Notes: a model not told the origin generated them from the sequence alone. Numbered from the stretch's first letter, positions 1-12,777 are shown. The stretch: 64,000 bases of DNA from Epithemia pelagica (GCA_946965045.2 OX337241.1:620001-684000); one strand, 5' to 3'. A program made the numbers and translations.

Positions 1-616
1 GTCCAGCTTTTTCATGTCGGCCGGAGACGAAATGCTATCCAAAATGGGCTTGACGGCCGGTCCAGCGTAGGGAGGACCGGGGACCGAGCTGCTACTACTG
101 CCACTGTTGCTCCCAGTGCCTTCGGCCGCGGCCTGGTGCAACCGACTGGTGCGGGGACCAGCCCATAAAGTGGATGTCGTGGTAAAGGCCGTGGCCTGTT
201 ATAACGTGGAAACCCATCAGGATGATCGAGAGTCGCATCGAGAGCCATCCATCCAGCAAAAAGGCAAAAAAAGAGCAGTTCGACAGGTGTAAGACCCAAA
301 AGATACCTTGAAGTAACCCGGTTCTTGAACAAGAGATTCCAGAGACTTGGTGGGGCGCAACGCGATGGTGATGGGTGTGTACGGGTGGACGACCCATCAT
401 GGCGGCATTCAAGCCGGTCCACAATTTCTCATGGTCGAGCACGAAACCCTCCCATCCAGAAAGAGCCATGCTTCACCTGCTCAATGGTCGCTTTCTCGCG
501 TTGCCACACTTGTACGCTGGATTCCGGCTCACACAAGAAGAACATAGAGAGATACTTGCAACACATACCTCCAAGGCCAGAGTGGCTGCCATGAGGACGC
601 TCAATTGGAACTTCAT
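1..616 (-). CDS. DXS: 1-deoxy-D-xylulose-5-phosphate synthase, 5' part (exons 616..569 and 195..<1), plastid-targeted
   Basis: Splicing GTATGT(568)...TAACAG(196) gives MKFQLSVLMAATLALE-ATA/FTTTSTLW...GPAVKPILDSISSPADMKKLD. This is a signal peptide, an ASAFAP-like 'ATA-F' cleavage motif and a transit peptide, followed by the DXS N-terminal motif (P-x-LD-x-I-x-x-P-x-x-MK-x-L). The gene runs off the window edge. Confidence 0.8.
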
Positions 617-1300
617 GGCTGTGTGTGTAGATTCGTTCTTGTGGAGATGAGTCGATGCAACACCAGAGTCTTTGTGGTTGTAAATGTTCTCCTCTTTGAA
701 TGGAAGTGCTGTTCCAACGACCAAACGACTGCACACGAGAAAAACCCAAACAGTGGTGATGCTTGTGGGGCTCGGGGCGAGATCTGACTCTCGAAAACAC
801 ACCTTGGCGTGTATCACGACCCTCCCAAGGAACACTACGTGAATAGGTTTGTGGCGCATCCTCATATCCTGGAATCACGCTGGGATTTCCTCTTGCTTCA
901 ACGTCATGATCCAACGTCAGCTACCGCTGGTTTCGCGTCACGAACAGTTCGAATTTCCAGCGGCTTTCCAAAGGCATAGGTTAGTTTCCGTTCCTACATA
1001 CATCACGTATTCGCGTTGAGTTGTCGTGAGTCCAGGAAAGGGGGGCTACTCACGATTATCCTTTGGGGGTGTGTTGCGAGAGTTGTGACTCATCCGTTCG
1101 CATCCATCAACATCGATATCCAGGAGGATGATGCGATGGCGATAAGAATTCTGCGTTCGCAGTCTCTATTCCATTACGAACGATTCACACAACCTTGGAA
1201 CGTGTAAACAACACATTTGCCTCTCAAGAACCAGTGCATGGAATCAAGCTGAACGTTAGTTTGATTCTAGTAGACGGAAGTGAAAAGTTTGCCTGCCGAA

Positions 1301-1969
1301 ATGGTTTTGTCGTCGCTCAAGAATCTTTGTGCCAGAGGACGGTTGCTCGTCGTCTGGCTCTGTTTGCTTCTTCCGATGCGATCTGCCGTGGGAAGGGTGG
1401 ATCATCCAAGTCGAATGATGAAACGCTCATCGTGTGCCTTTGCTCAAGTCCCCGAATCCTTTCGTGAACGATCCATCCCACAAGCCATGTCCTCTTTGTC
1501 GCCGTCGAGACTCGCCATGGTGCCTACGTCGCACAGTTTGGTTCATGTCCTCCAATCGTCCTTTGTTCTGGCGGCACAAGACACTGTCGCGGCTGCTCTC
1601 CCACCACCGAATGGGGACGCGGCACAACCACTGGCGCCGGAAACCATTGTGGGTATTTTTGTTGTGGGTGTGGTCCCCTTTGCCGTGGCGACGGTCGAAT
1701 TTTGGCGTCGCATTGCCGTGGGTGCCTCCTTTGGAACCGGAACGGATTCCGTCGTCTTTCCCAATACTACCACAATTGGACAAGACGACAATCCACTGTC
1801 CAGTCGAGGACGTCGCATTCTGGGAACAGATGCACTTGTCACGGCCTATCTCTTGTTTGGTCTGGCCGCGGCCGTCTTGGCCTTGGTCCTGGTTTCGGTC
1901 GTCACATCGGATCCACTAGTGGGAGAATTGCCCGTGACTGCACAACCACCACCACCACCACAAGTGTAA
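1301..1969 (+). CDS. Hypothetical membrane protein with signal-peptide-like N-terminus and two TM helices
   Basis: ORF 1280..1969, first ATG at 1301. Hydrophobic segments IVGIFVVGVVPFAVATV and ALVTAYLLFGLAAAVLALVLVSVV flank EFWRRIAVGASFGTG...SSRGRRILG. Confidence 0.65.
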   Translation: MVLSSLKNLCARGRLLVVWLCLLLPMRSAVGRVDHPSRMMKRSSCAFAQVPESFRERSIPQAMSSLSPSRLAMVPTSHSLVHVLQSSFVLAAQDTVAAALPPPNGDAAQPLAPETIVGIFVVGVVPFAVATVEFWRRIAVGASFGTGTDSVVFPNTTTIGQDDNPLSSRGRRILGTDALVTAYLLFGLAAAVLALVLVSVVTSDPLVGELPVTAQPPPPPQV

Positions 1970-3097
1970 CAACCCTATACAATTGGTGTATTTGGCTTGC
2001 TGCAGTGTCCCTCCACAAGCACAGGATTCGACACAACGAGCAAGGCACATGTTTCCTGTTGATCCGCACGACCAACAAGAGGACACACGTAGTGGTCAAT
2101 GTACCAAGAAAAACTCGGAACAGTGGTATGGAGGATGCGATTGTCTACTTCTGGATGGCCATTATCGAACCCTGGTTGTTTGCATGCACGTGATGCTACA
2201 TATTATTCTCGTGGACCTGGACGGCCAGCTTCAATGTCGTGTCCAAAACCTTCATGATGGATCGAAGAAAAGCACATGTCCCATTCACTATAAGCTCGTC
2301 ATGGGACTGCAGTGACAGCGAGACAGATAGGCAGATCATGGAACCTTGGTTTACGGCATTGTGATGCTTTGGACGATTGTCTTTTCACTTGCAAAATAGT
2401 TTGACTCCATGGTGAAGGAGAATAACAATTTTGCGCAGCATGTTGAACGAGATAATGTAACGATGATGGACACAGTCTCCCTTGGTTTTGGTTTCGCGTT
2501 GACCTGGTCCCAAAAGAGAGAGCAATTTGGACTTGGGATCAGGTGAAGAAACGGGACACGGAATACAGAAAGATGACACCCCCAAAAGAAACAAGAGAAA
2601 TAACAGAATCCAGTTGACCAACAAGAGCCATTGCACAGTAACCTAGTGATGCAGCAAGGACATGCATGGGGAAAGATATTATACAAATCTACCTAGAATA
2701 AAGCTCACAATCTATAAACTCATCATTCGTCACTCGTCACATCTCGTTGTGTCCTGTCTACTATTCTGGCCTTTTCCTTGTCCCGTGGGGGACTGGTTAC
2801 GCAGTTGGTGATTCCTGATTGTCCAATTTGCTCCCTCTTCATGCTCTGAGCTCTGAGGCTTTGATAACCACTTAAAAAAACTAGGTAGGTAGTACTCTTC
2901 ACATTTTGGACAAACCCTTGTCTCCTTTGCGAAGCCCCATACTCTCGCAGCTTTTGTTATGGGTTTGTCATAACTTCAACAAAATGATCGTTTCTTATTT
3001 CGCAGGAGCAGCTTTTCGCTTTTCTGATTTCTGATACTTCATATTACTTATTACGAGTATTCCGACTCATTACTCCTAGTTCCAAGTTGTGTAATCG

Positions 3098-3141
3098 TAT
3101 GGGTTATGGGTTATGGGTTATGGGCTATGGCTATGGGTTAT
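3098..3141. repeat. Heptamer microsatellite (TATGGGT)n, imperfect
   Basis: tatgggt tatgggt tatgggt tatgggc tatggc tatgggt ta, read directly from the sequence. Confidence 0.85.
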
Positions 3142-3774
3142 GCATAACTCGTAGACTTCTGGTAGAGATGGTAGATGGTATACGAGTACGAGTATGGTAA
3201 GTACGAGTGACACCAACTACTCGTACGAGTACCAACGTTACGAGTTACGAGTACAGGCTACACCGACAAACTACGCCCTACAGCAAAAACAACAAGCACC
3301 AACGACCTACGACCTACAACCTACAACAATTACAATCACTTAATTATTGTTGGGCCTTGCGGCTTGCAGCTTGCAGCTTACGGCTTAAGGCATGAACCCG
3401 ATTCCTTGTTCTCTCCTGCGGACAAATCTGGTTGGGAATATAGTCGTACGATTAACCGTGATTGCTCATTGCTCATTATTATTTTGACTTTAGGATTTTG
3501 TATTGGATGGAGTCCATTCTGGTTCACCTTGAGAAATTGCCCACTGTCCACTGTCCATCGACAAGCCCTCTACCGCTTTTTGCTGATCTAGAATTATATG
3601 TATTTTTACTGTAAAGAAGATAGTACAACTATAGAATGGATAGTACTTTTAGATCAAAACACAAAGCGGAGTAATTTTTTCTCTAGAGAGAGAGCGGTGT
3701 AGCGCCCACTTTTTGTTTCGAACGCCACAACACAATCGTGCACAGCTACATCCACAAAGAGCAAAGGCAAAACA

Positions 3775-4536
3775 ATGAAAATGGCTGTTGCAAACGCCAC
3801 AAATGACCTAGAAGAAGGCAGTACACACGATGCAAGTGTTAACTTGATTGACCCCTTTTCCAGCTGTCACGCTAATTACACCATCCCGGGAATCAGTGTC
3901 GGACCTAGCCACCCCGCAAATAGGAAGAGAGTTCGATTTAGCTTAAATCAAAATGTGTACCACGAAGACAAAGTACGAACAAGTTTGAATGAATGTCGAT
4001 CAACTTGGTTTACGGATCAGGAGTACAAGACCATTGCATGTGAGGCTCGCTTGATAAAACTCGAGTATCAAATGAAGCTTTTTAACCTGCTCAGGGCCAG
4101 AGAGCAAGGGCAAGAAGACAACGAGAATTCACCGGCAATCGTTTACTTTTCAGCTGTCCTTTCTGATCTCTTGAGGCTTTCTTCGACGATAAACTTTGTG
4201 GTTGATGACGTGTCTCGTTTGCTTACCCCACAGATTGAGGAAAAGCTACGCCTTCTCTACGTTGAAAGGTCAGACAAAGGAGACAACTACCGTTTTGATT
4301 GGGTCGGCTTGGAGTGCTTCATTCTTGATTCCTTGCGTTCTGAGTCGAAGAGTAGATACGAGTCCATTCAAGAAGTTGTGTCTGATATTGAGGCTGAGTA
4401 CAACTTCAATCTTTGGACAACGGCAGAAATGGAAGATGAATTGAGAGATTCATGTCGCAACTTTTCACAAGCTCATGGATTAATGGCCCAGCTGATTGCT
4501 CGCGCAAGGTACCTGACAAAAGAGGAAAGTTTGTGA
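3775..4536 (+). CDS. Uncharacterised VRF/WY/GLE family protein, copy A (most divergent)
   Basis: Intronless 253-aa ORF with KRVRFS...STWFTDQEYKTI...WVGLE...LRDSCRNFSQAHGLMAQLIARA, the same motif order as copies B-F. Confidence 0.7.
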   Translation: MKMAVANATNDLEEGSTHDASVNLIDPFSSCHANYTIPGISVGPSHPANRKRVRFSLNQNVYHEDKVRTSLNECRSTWFTDQEYKTIACEARLIKLEYQMKLFNLLRAREQGQEDNENSPAIVYFSAVLSDLLRLSSTINFVVDDVSRLLTPQIEEKLRLLYVERSDKGDNYRFDWVGLECFILDSLRSESKSRYESIQEVVSDIEAEYNFNLWTTAEMEDELRDSCRNFSQAHGLMAQLIARARYLTKEESL

Positions 4537-4739
4537 CAGAAGAAACATGACGCCTTCAATCATGATGCCTGTATTCACCTCTTTTCTGTGTCTTCTTGTA
4601 TGTAATTCTTCGCTAACTCTCGCTAGCTGTATCATTATTCGAGAGTTTTCTTTTGTAGATTCGGCTTGGTAGGCCACATGGCTAGCTCACAGAACGGATT
4701 ACGAGTGAGCAAGACCGCTGAGAGATTCGATGCTCCGTT

Positions 4740-6541
4740 CTAGCTGTCCATCTCATTCGACTGTTCGAACAATGTCCCTTCGGATGGTTCCGAGGAGGGT
4801 ATTTCCGTGTAGCACAGTCTTTTTTCTCGCAAGACAAAGAGGAAAACCCCAACCAACATGACAATCATCCCAAACAAGATGGTTTCCCAGGAAGCCAAGG
4901 CCGTGACAAGAAATGTCGCCATTACCGTGGGTACAAGGGCAAGGATGCATCCCATCGTGCTGAGTGGGACCCGAAACGGCCGCTCAACATCAGGGCGTTG
5001 GATCCTCAGGGTGACAAAGGCCACGTATTCCAACAATAGTGCCATTGCATAGTTGAAGTTGAGCATTTCAATGAGGCTTTCCAGGTTCGTAAGGATACCC
5101 ATTGTCACAATGACAATCAATCCAACAAGTATTCCATAGGTGGGTGTTCCATGTCGTGATCGGGTGGCAAAGATTCGAGGCAAATATCCTCGTTCCGCCA
5201 TGCCCATGAGTTGAAAGGCATCGCTTGACAATTCAGCCTGGAACAGACCAATATTGGAAATCCCAGCGGCAAACACCAGCCATCCTTCGAGCCACGGACC
5301 AGCAATGGTTTTGGCAACGACGGAGAAGTACCCATCCTCCCATGCACTTTGTGGAGCTTTGGAAGCACCTAGGGCGACTAAAAGAGGAACAAAATAGCTG
5401 GCGACAACCATGAAAAAGGATAATCCCATTGCTCGAGGCAATACACGAGCTGGCTCTTCAATATCGGCCGCAAACGCAGCAGCACTATCTGTCCAAGTTC
5501 AAATTAGTAAAAGCGTTAGCCATGTCCTTCCCTATCAAACAACATACATCATTTCTTGTTAGTCTTACCAAAACTGTTGAGATTCCAGAAAAGATTGTTG
5601 AGAAAAGGTCGCCAGGCAATACTGCCAAGTGCGGCCATGGAAAAGAGAGGCACGGTTGGAGCATTATTAGACTCATTGGAGTTAGTGGTGTCGTCTGTTA
5701 TTTCGGGTTGTGGCGATTGCTGGGGTGGTTCGAACCATTGTGAGGGATCCACTTGAAAGGCACCAATCAGTGTCATGAGTACAAAGGGTGACAATGCCAC
5801 AAGGCAAATTGTCATCGACATTTTCCCCACCAGTGGCAAGCCTAACCAGTTGAGATAGGCCAAGAGGCACGAAATACCGGACAAGAGCAAAAACTTGGTA
5901 AGAAGAAGGAACAGTGAATGGCGCTGGCTGTTTGGAGAGGATTCATTATCGCCAGGCCCTCCTTCCTCGGGGTCATCTGTCACCATGAGATGAAGGAGGT
6001 AATCCAGGAATAATACAGGATAAATCGCATTGTCCGTGGCACCGGATACCCAATGCAAATAGCCACACATCCATCCAGCACCTTGTCCTAGGGCTTGTTC
6101 GACCCATATGACTCCTCCCGAGGCTTCGGGAAAGGCACATGCCAACTCGGTGGTGACCAGCACTTCTTGGAGGGACCAGACAAGGGGAAAGATCAAAAAG
6201 CCCACCAGAGTATAAAAATTGCCTGCCGATCGTACAGCTTCCTCGACGCCAAAGGCACCACCCGAGACACTGTAAAAGATCAACACTGCAAAGGGTACAA
6301 CCCCCAGTTTGTTCTGATTGTTGTTGTTCTGGTTGCCATTGTTTGGGTCCAGAGGAAGATCAAATTCATCCACTGGTTCCACATCCATGGAAGTTCTTGT
6401 GGCTGCCGTTCCAACAAGCCATGTATTGCTCTGTTCTGGTTGCTCAGATGCCGTTGAGAGGGTAAGGGGACTGCATCTGTCCTCTTGGCAGTTTCTCGAT
6501 AAACTTTTCATCGACTCATTGCTCTCCATTGTTTGCCTCAC
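4740..6541 (-). CDS. APC-superfamily amino acid/polyamine permease (exons 6541..5569, 5488..4740; 573 aa)
   Basis: An 80-nt intron GTAAGA(5568)...GACAG(5489) joins LFWNLNSF-D-SAAAFAADIEEP. Motifs FYSVSGGAFGVEEAV, ELACAFPEASGG, AERGYLPRIFA and RPDVERPFRVP; multiple TM helices. Confidence 0.88.
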
Positions 6542-7991
6542 CGCTTAGAATGAGGTCACTCGAGGGTATCCCCTTTTCGTCGTTTCCGTTGGAATCGAGC
6601 CACAACAAATTGCTTCTAGATGAGGAACGACAGTCTCTGCTGTCGGATACTTGCAGTATTAACGTTGGCAAACTTTCCTCAAGATCCACTTTTACAGAGA
6701 ACAGAAACCCAAAGATTGGCACAGCTTCTGTCACCAAATCCAAGGGTTTTAACTTTCTACCGAACAATGAAAGAGAGTGATTCACCCGTTTGTTGGTCAA
6801 CAAATCGCTTTTGATCGCATCTCGTTGTCTTTGTCAATACATTAGCTGAGAATGTAGCACTGCATACAACTTCCTAGGCACAATGTCTCTGTCGCCTTTG
6901 TTCCATGGTCTCTTTCGGACAAAAGATCTTTGGATTACATTTCTGGGGGGTGATGAAAGCCATATCTTTATATCTGTAGGGGGAGCTCATTGAGGGGCAT
7001 CATTCATCATGGGGGGGGCAAGACCTCACCCGTCGACGACGACTATGGAGAAAACAGCGGCAACCGCATGAGACAACTTCAATTATGCAGTCTCGCTTCT
7101 GCCTATCAAAGGAAGCTTGGTGGTTACCAACAGCTCACGGGCCTTGAGGGTTTGGTGGCATCGTCGACACACGGAATTGTCGTTGTTGTTCTTGCCATCG
7201 TATAATAATGTCTCGCATCGAGAGAAAGAAAAGCAAGCAAGCAGTATAACAGCTTGCTCCTCCATTTTTGATGCATGAAGACGGCATGTCCACATACAAG
7301 CAAGCAAACAGTTTGATCGTCGATTTCTGTAATGCATAAAGAAGGAATTTCGACAAGATGAAGCGACATGGCGAACTGAAACTGGATGACCATTGATCTA
7401 CCAAGTTTGGTGATGTCGTTGACACAAGTTTAACGAGGATGACAAGGAAAGCACAACGCTGGAAAAGTCTCCATGGCAAATAAGGTAACCTGAGTTGGGA
7501 AAATTTGTTTTGGTGAGAGCCGCCTCGCTACGCTGATGCCAAGGGGCTGGTTGGTTGGACGCTCGGTGTGGAAAGCACGCTGTTGAATAAATGTATTTCA
7601 TCTCTCAATGTATGGAGAACTGGCTGTGGAGAGAAAGATTCAGAGAACTCACGGTGGATACGAGGTCATGCGATTCATTTACCATGTTTCGGAGAGTGCC
7701 ATCGAGGAGTTGCACAAATCTGCCAGTTCTGGTGCGAATCAATGCCATGGCCGTCTAATGTCTCCAGTACGATTGGATGGATTTCACTCCAAAGATTGAT
7801 TGTTGATTTATTTTCAAATGATTTGGTCGTCCGTCGCAACTCGACGGAGTAATGTTGCACACGTATTTCCCCTTGGGGCAGCGTCGGACGTGCACATGGC
7901 AACGAACGAACCATGTATTTTATAGGAAAAATGCAAGCTCTCATCACACAACTCGGTGGCACAGTGGTAACTACTAGGCCATGGGGTTGGG

Positions 7992-8608
7992 ACGAGCCAT
8001 GAGGTGGCGTTACCAGTGCCGCGCTATGCGGAAAACAACGTCTTCCAGAACAGAGGGATTGATCTGAAAGCCACGTCTCTGTTGACACTCGTTTTGTTCC
8101 ATTTTGGAACCAGACGTGCACACTGCTACTTCGAATGCGACAGGATATGTTTAAGTTGCAAGGGTCAATAACAACACAGTGGAGGAGTGGTTATCACTAG
8201 TCACTCTCACATGTGTTGAAAGCGAGCCACGACGTGGCCTAACCAGCACCGCATGAATTGCGGATACCGACATCTTCCAGACAAAAGGGATAGATTCCAA
8301 GCAAGGACACGTCTCCTCTGATACTCGCTTTTTGCCGCTCTCATTGGAGAAACCATGGTGGCCACATGACGCGTGTACGTGGCCACGACTGAACTGATCA
8401 TATATCGAGATGCGAACTTTTACTGAGAGGAGACGTGCAAACTGCTGCTCCGGATGAGACACGACAGTGGAGGAGTGGTTATCTGACATGTGTTGAAAGC
8501 GAGCCACGACGTGGCCTAACTAGCACCGCGTGGATTGCGGAAACTGACATCTTCCAGCCTAGAGGGATCGATTCCAAGGACACGTCTCCCTTGACACTCG
8601 CTTTTTTG
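7992..8608. repeat. Three degenerate direct repeats (about 7992..8097 partial, 8176..8332, 8464..8608; period 288 bp between the last two)
   Basis: Shared blocks ACAGTGGAGGAGTGGTTATC, CATGTGTTGAAAGCGAGCCACGACGTGGCCTAAC, ACATCTTCCAG, GGACACGTCTC and ACTCGCTTTT. Confidence 0.8.
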
Positions 8609-9073
8609 CATTAGGTTCGGGACGGAAGCCGGAAGGCATCATGCATCATGCCCCAACCCATGTACGCCGTCATCTGATATCATTTTCTTCGTGCCTCCTC
8701 TACTGGGTCCATCCCCAGTCTAAGCTGCGTTGATGAGATGCAATCAAAAATAACCGGTGTAGAGAGAGATGAACTACGGAGACTAAGGTACTTACTCCTC
8801 TAGAGAGGAGTCGTCGAAGCTCTACCTCTCTGAGAGAAACGCAGGAGGGTAGGATGTAAACGTTGCGCGACCTGATCAACAAGATAAAAAAGAGGTCGCG
8901 GATGAATCTCACATAGATTGTCGACTTACGTCATATCCGTCAAGGTCAAGTCTTCATACATTTTCGATAAAGGGTGAGGCATTGCTGATGAAGGTCCTTC
9001 TCATCATCTTTCCTTCATTCTGCCGATATCTTGTTTGTCTACGCTACGAAAACACCAACAACAAACAACAACC

Positions 9074-10871
9074 ATGATGAAAAGTGCAGCTACTGTGTTT
9101 CAACGATCAGCATTGCGTCGAACCAATCGTCTTCATGCTGTGGCATCCACTTACACCCGTGGATTTGCTGCCAGTGACGAATCCTTGACCAAGACAGCCC
9201 TCAATGACTTGCACAAAGAACTTGGTGGAGAAATGGTTCCCTTTGCGGGTTACGAGCTCCCTGTTTTGTACAAAGGCAGTGAGAATGGGGGAGTGATGAA
9301 AGAACACTTGTGGTGTCGTGCTGATGGCAAAGCATCCTTGTTTGATGTCTCGCATATGGGACAAGTAAGTACATTTTTTGTATCTTCTACATGTCTTGCA
9401 TGTCTGCTGTTGGATATCGCGTCGTAAACTTGATCAATTCAGTTTGCTGGCTCCGACCATCGACCATCACAGTGCTCGTGGTCAGGTATGGCCAAAGTGC
9501 AGTCATGTGGTCGACTCTTCGCCTGATCCAGACTGCCTTTCTGATCTTTGCCCATCTCACGTGAATACACTATCCTTCGTTCATCTCCTTGTCTTGCGCT
9601 GATTTCCTATTGACAATTCTTTCGATGGATTGATAAATGGCTTTTCTGGACACTGCCTTAAACTACGTTTGTGGTCATTATAGATCCGTTGGCATGGAAA
9701 AGACCGAGTCGCCTTTCTGGAGCGCATTGTTGTCGGAGACATTGGTGGATTGGGTGAAGGACAAGGACTCTTATCCTTGGTAACCAACGAAAACGGTGGC
9801 ATTTTGGACGATACCGTCATTACTAATGCTGGCGACTTTATATACATGGTCGTCAACGGAGCCACCAAGTTTGATGACATGGCTCATTTCCAAAAGGTAC
9901 TAGACACTGAATTTAAGGATGCCGATGTCACCATGGAATACCTCGAAGATTCAATGCAACTTTTGGCACTACAAGGACCTGGTGCCGCGGCAGCTGTGGC
10001 TAAATTGTTACCAGCTGATATCGATTTGGTGAAAATGCCATTCATGACCGGAAGGGATACTACGTTGGATGGAATTGAAGGATGTCGTATTACACGGTAC
10101 GTGCCTACAAATAGCCATGACTATTTGAGTTGTTGCATGAGAGTTGATGAGGACGGTAACTTACATATTGATTATCTATCCATGATGTCATTTCTTGGAA
10201 TCCTGTGTTGGATCGACGAATTCTCTCGAATCTTTTTCTGTTTCTCAACCAACATCTTGCTACGTCGGATTTTCTTTCTCTTATACAACACCAACTGCAG
10301 ATGTGGCTACACGGGAGAAGACGGCTTTGAGATTGCCATGCCAGCTGAACATGCCGTGTCCATTGCGTCCAAGTTGCTGGAAGATAAGGATGTTGTGAAT
10401 CCGACTGGTTTGGGTGCTCGTGACTCGCTCCGTCTGGAAGCCGGCTTGTGTTTGTATGGACACGATTTGAACGATACGATCAATCCGATTGAAGGTGCCT
10501 TGGGCTGGACTATGGGTCCCCCTAAAAGCCGTCGTCGTGTGGAAGGTGGATTTTTGGGTGCCCAACACATTTTGACACCCGAGGGTAAATTCCAAAAGGT
10601 AGCCAAGAAACGTGTCGGTCTGATGGGTATGAAAGCACCCGCTCGTGAACACGCCGAAATTTACAATGCCGAAGGAGATACTCTCATTGGTACCGTCACT
10701 TCGGGAACCTACAGTCCCTGCCTTAAAAAGCCCATTGCCATGGGCTTTGTGGAAACCGCCCACTCGAAAGTGGATACAGAAGTATCCATCAAAATCCGTG
10801 GCAAACTACAAAAAGCACAAGTCACCAAAATGCCCTTTGTCCCTAGCCGCTACTATCGTGTTCCGGAATAG
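9074..10871 (+). CDS. GCST: Glycine cleavage system T protein (aminomethyltransferase), mitochondrial; exons 9074..9364, 9684..10096, 10301..10871
   Basis: Motifs KTALNDLHKELGGEMVPFAGY, LFDVSHMGQ, GGILDD, VVNGA, LLALQGP, RCGYTGEDGFEI, LGARDSLRLEAGLCLYG and VTSG. Canonical GTAAGT/TAG and GTACGT/CAG introns. The Arg/Ser/Ala-rich N-terminus resembles a mitochondrial presequence. Confidence 0.95.
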
Positions 10872-11508
10872 AACATCAACACCAAGTCCAATATCTATCA
10901 ACCAAAGATATCGAACGCTCATACGAAAGAAAACAATTAAATGGCTCCCCGGTTGAGAAGGTCATCTATTCAGCTACTTTGTTGCTCCCTTGTGTATGGC
11001 ATCATTTCGTAAGGCAACGTAGAATTTTGATGTGAACATCCGGAAGTCGATACCTCTACTCGAGCTAGAGAGCTAGTATCTAGGTCTGTCGAGTCACGTC
11101 GTCCCCGGACTCCCTCTCTCTTCTTTGATCGCGCATACTGGATACTGGAGTGTTGAGTGTTGAGTGTTCCCTTTTGGGGTTCTTGTTCTTTGCAGAAAGT
11201 GGGATTAGCCGCGAGGTCGGGAATCGCGAGAGGCAAGAGCTTTCGATTTTCGGAGAAATAATGTGACAGAGAATCGAGACACATACGAGCACGAGTATGG
11301 ACGTAGATACGAGTAGTAGATACGTCAGTTGACCTTCCTCTCATTCTCTCGTTGTTCGTTGTTCTTCCACACCATAAACTTGGCTCAATTTTTTGTTGGT
11401 TTGGTCGGTGAACCGCATACACTTCTTGCTTACTCTGAACGGAACGATGCACCACTTGCAGTGGAACCCAAAACACTCTCGGTGGAATCCAAGACAGATG
11501 GAAGTTAC

Positions 11509-12261
11509 ATGGTAGAGTCGACATTGGCACCAAAAGCTCCTTCAGTCAATGGGAAGAGCAGGGTTCGCGTAGCCAAGCCTCGTCCTCATCGCAAGCGGCG
11601 CCGACCAGTGACAATGACGGTTCGCTTCCACAATATTGTTATCCAACGGCAGTCCTACACAGCGTCATGGGCTTCCAACAATGGTGATGGCGGTCAAAAA
11701 AGCAATGCCTTGGATGTTTCTACGTTGTGGTACAGCAAAAGCGAATACGCCCAGTTCAAAGCTTCGCTTCGCAATGACACGAAACAAGTTATCGAACAAA
11801 GTCGAAAGACCAAGCTAGCACGAGTTTCTGGTATCATTTCGGACGTTTTCCGAACCATTGCATCGTCTAGTGTGTTTGGACTTCCAAAGAAGACTCTGGA
11901 CACCAAGGCTTCCTTTACATCTTCGTACCTTCCTCTGTCATTGGATGGTCCAGATGTAGAGACGCTTCCATTTCATGATTGCCCTGATGTGGTTGGATTG
12001 GAGCGTGTTATGGACGTGGATATATATCGAAACCGTCGACGTCGTCGAAGTACGCTCATGAAAGCTATTGAGGATGTTCAATCGCCGGTCTTTTTGCAGC
12101 AGCAATGTCGCAATGACCGAAATTTGAGGGCTGTTATTCTTGGTCAAGCCTGCGAAACCATTAGCAGTCCTTCTGTGCTTTTTGCTCAATACCTGGGAAG
12201 AGCATCGGCTGCAGCAGCCTTTTGTTCTTCCTCAGTGGACGTTGTAGAAGCACACTCTTGA
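11509..12261 (+). CDS. Uncharacterised VRF/WY/GLE family protein, copy B
   Basis: ORF open from 11329, first ATG at 11509. TVRFHNIV...LWYSKSEYAQFK...VVGLE...DIYRNRRRRR...ACETISSPSVLFAQYLGRA. Confidence 0.75.
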   Translation: MVESTLAPKAPSVNGKSRVRVAKPRPHRKRRRPVTMTVRFHNIVIQRQSYTASWASNNGDGGQKSNALDVSTLWYSKSEYAQFKASLRNDTKQVIEQSRKTKLARVSGIISDVFRTIASSSVFGLPKKTLDTKASFTSSYLPLSLDGPDVETLPFHDCPDVVGLERVMDVDIYRNRRRRRSTLMKAIEDVQSPVFLQQQCRNDRNLRAVILGQACETISSPSVLFAQYLGRASAAAAFCSSSVDVVEAHS

Positions 12262-12777
12262 AACTCATGGGGACATTCCTTCGCGCATCCTTCAAATACC
12301 ATGTCCACTCACCGTGTCACCATCCTTGGTTGAGCGTGCAGTGCCATGTGCATCTCTAAGGCAGAGTGCTCCATTTCTGGGGCAGTGCATTTTGCAGTAC
12401 GAGTGTTTGGTGACATAGAAAGTTGTAAGACTACCCAATCTATGGGTCGATTACCTCTACCGTCCTACTCCTATGATCTTCAGCTCAAATATTTTGACAC
12501 AAAGTTGCTTTGTAGGAGTAAACGATATGTCTTTAACTACGATAGTGTCAGGTTGCCTCGTTGAAACGTGATTGGGAGTGTTTCGTGTTGGACGACAACG
12601 ACACGTTCCTGACTACTGACTATAAAGAGTTATTCTCAGGAGCTGGCGTAGCTTCACAGTTTACTAGGTAGGTACCTAGCCTGTTGCCGTGAAAACTCGG
12701 CGAACTGCGAATGGAGACCCGCCATCCGCCATCCCGGAACAGAATGAACTTGGAACAGGAATAATAATTTGTCCTTG

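Noticed and set aside
196-568. ORFs inside the DXS intron
   Set aside because: Explained as intron and shadow frames once the DXS splice model restores the signal and transit peptide.
3098-3141. Interstitial telomere
   Set aside because: The unit is TTATGGG, not TTAGGG or TTTAGGG, and the array is short and degenerate. Treated as a microsatellite.
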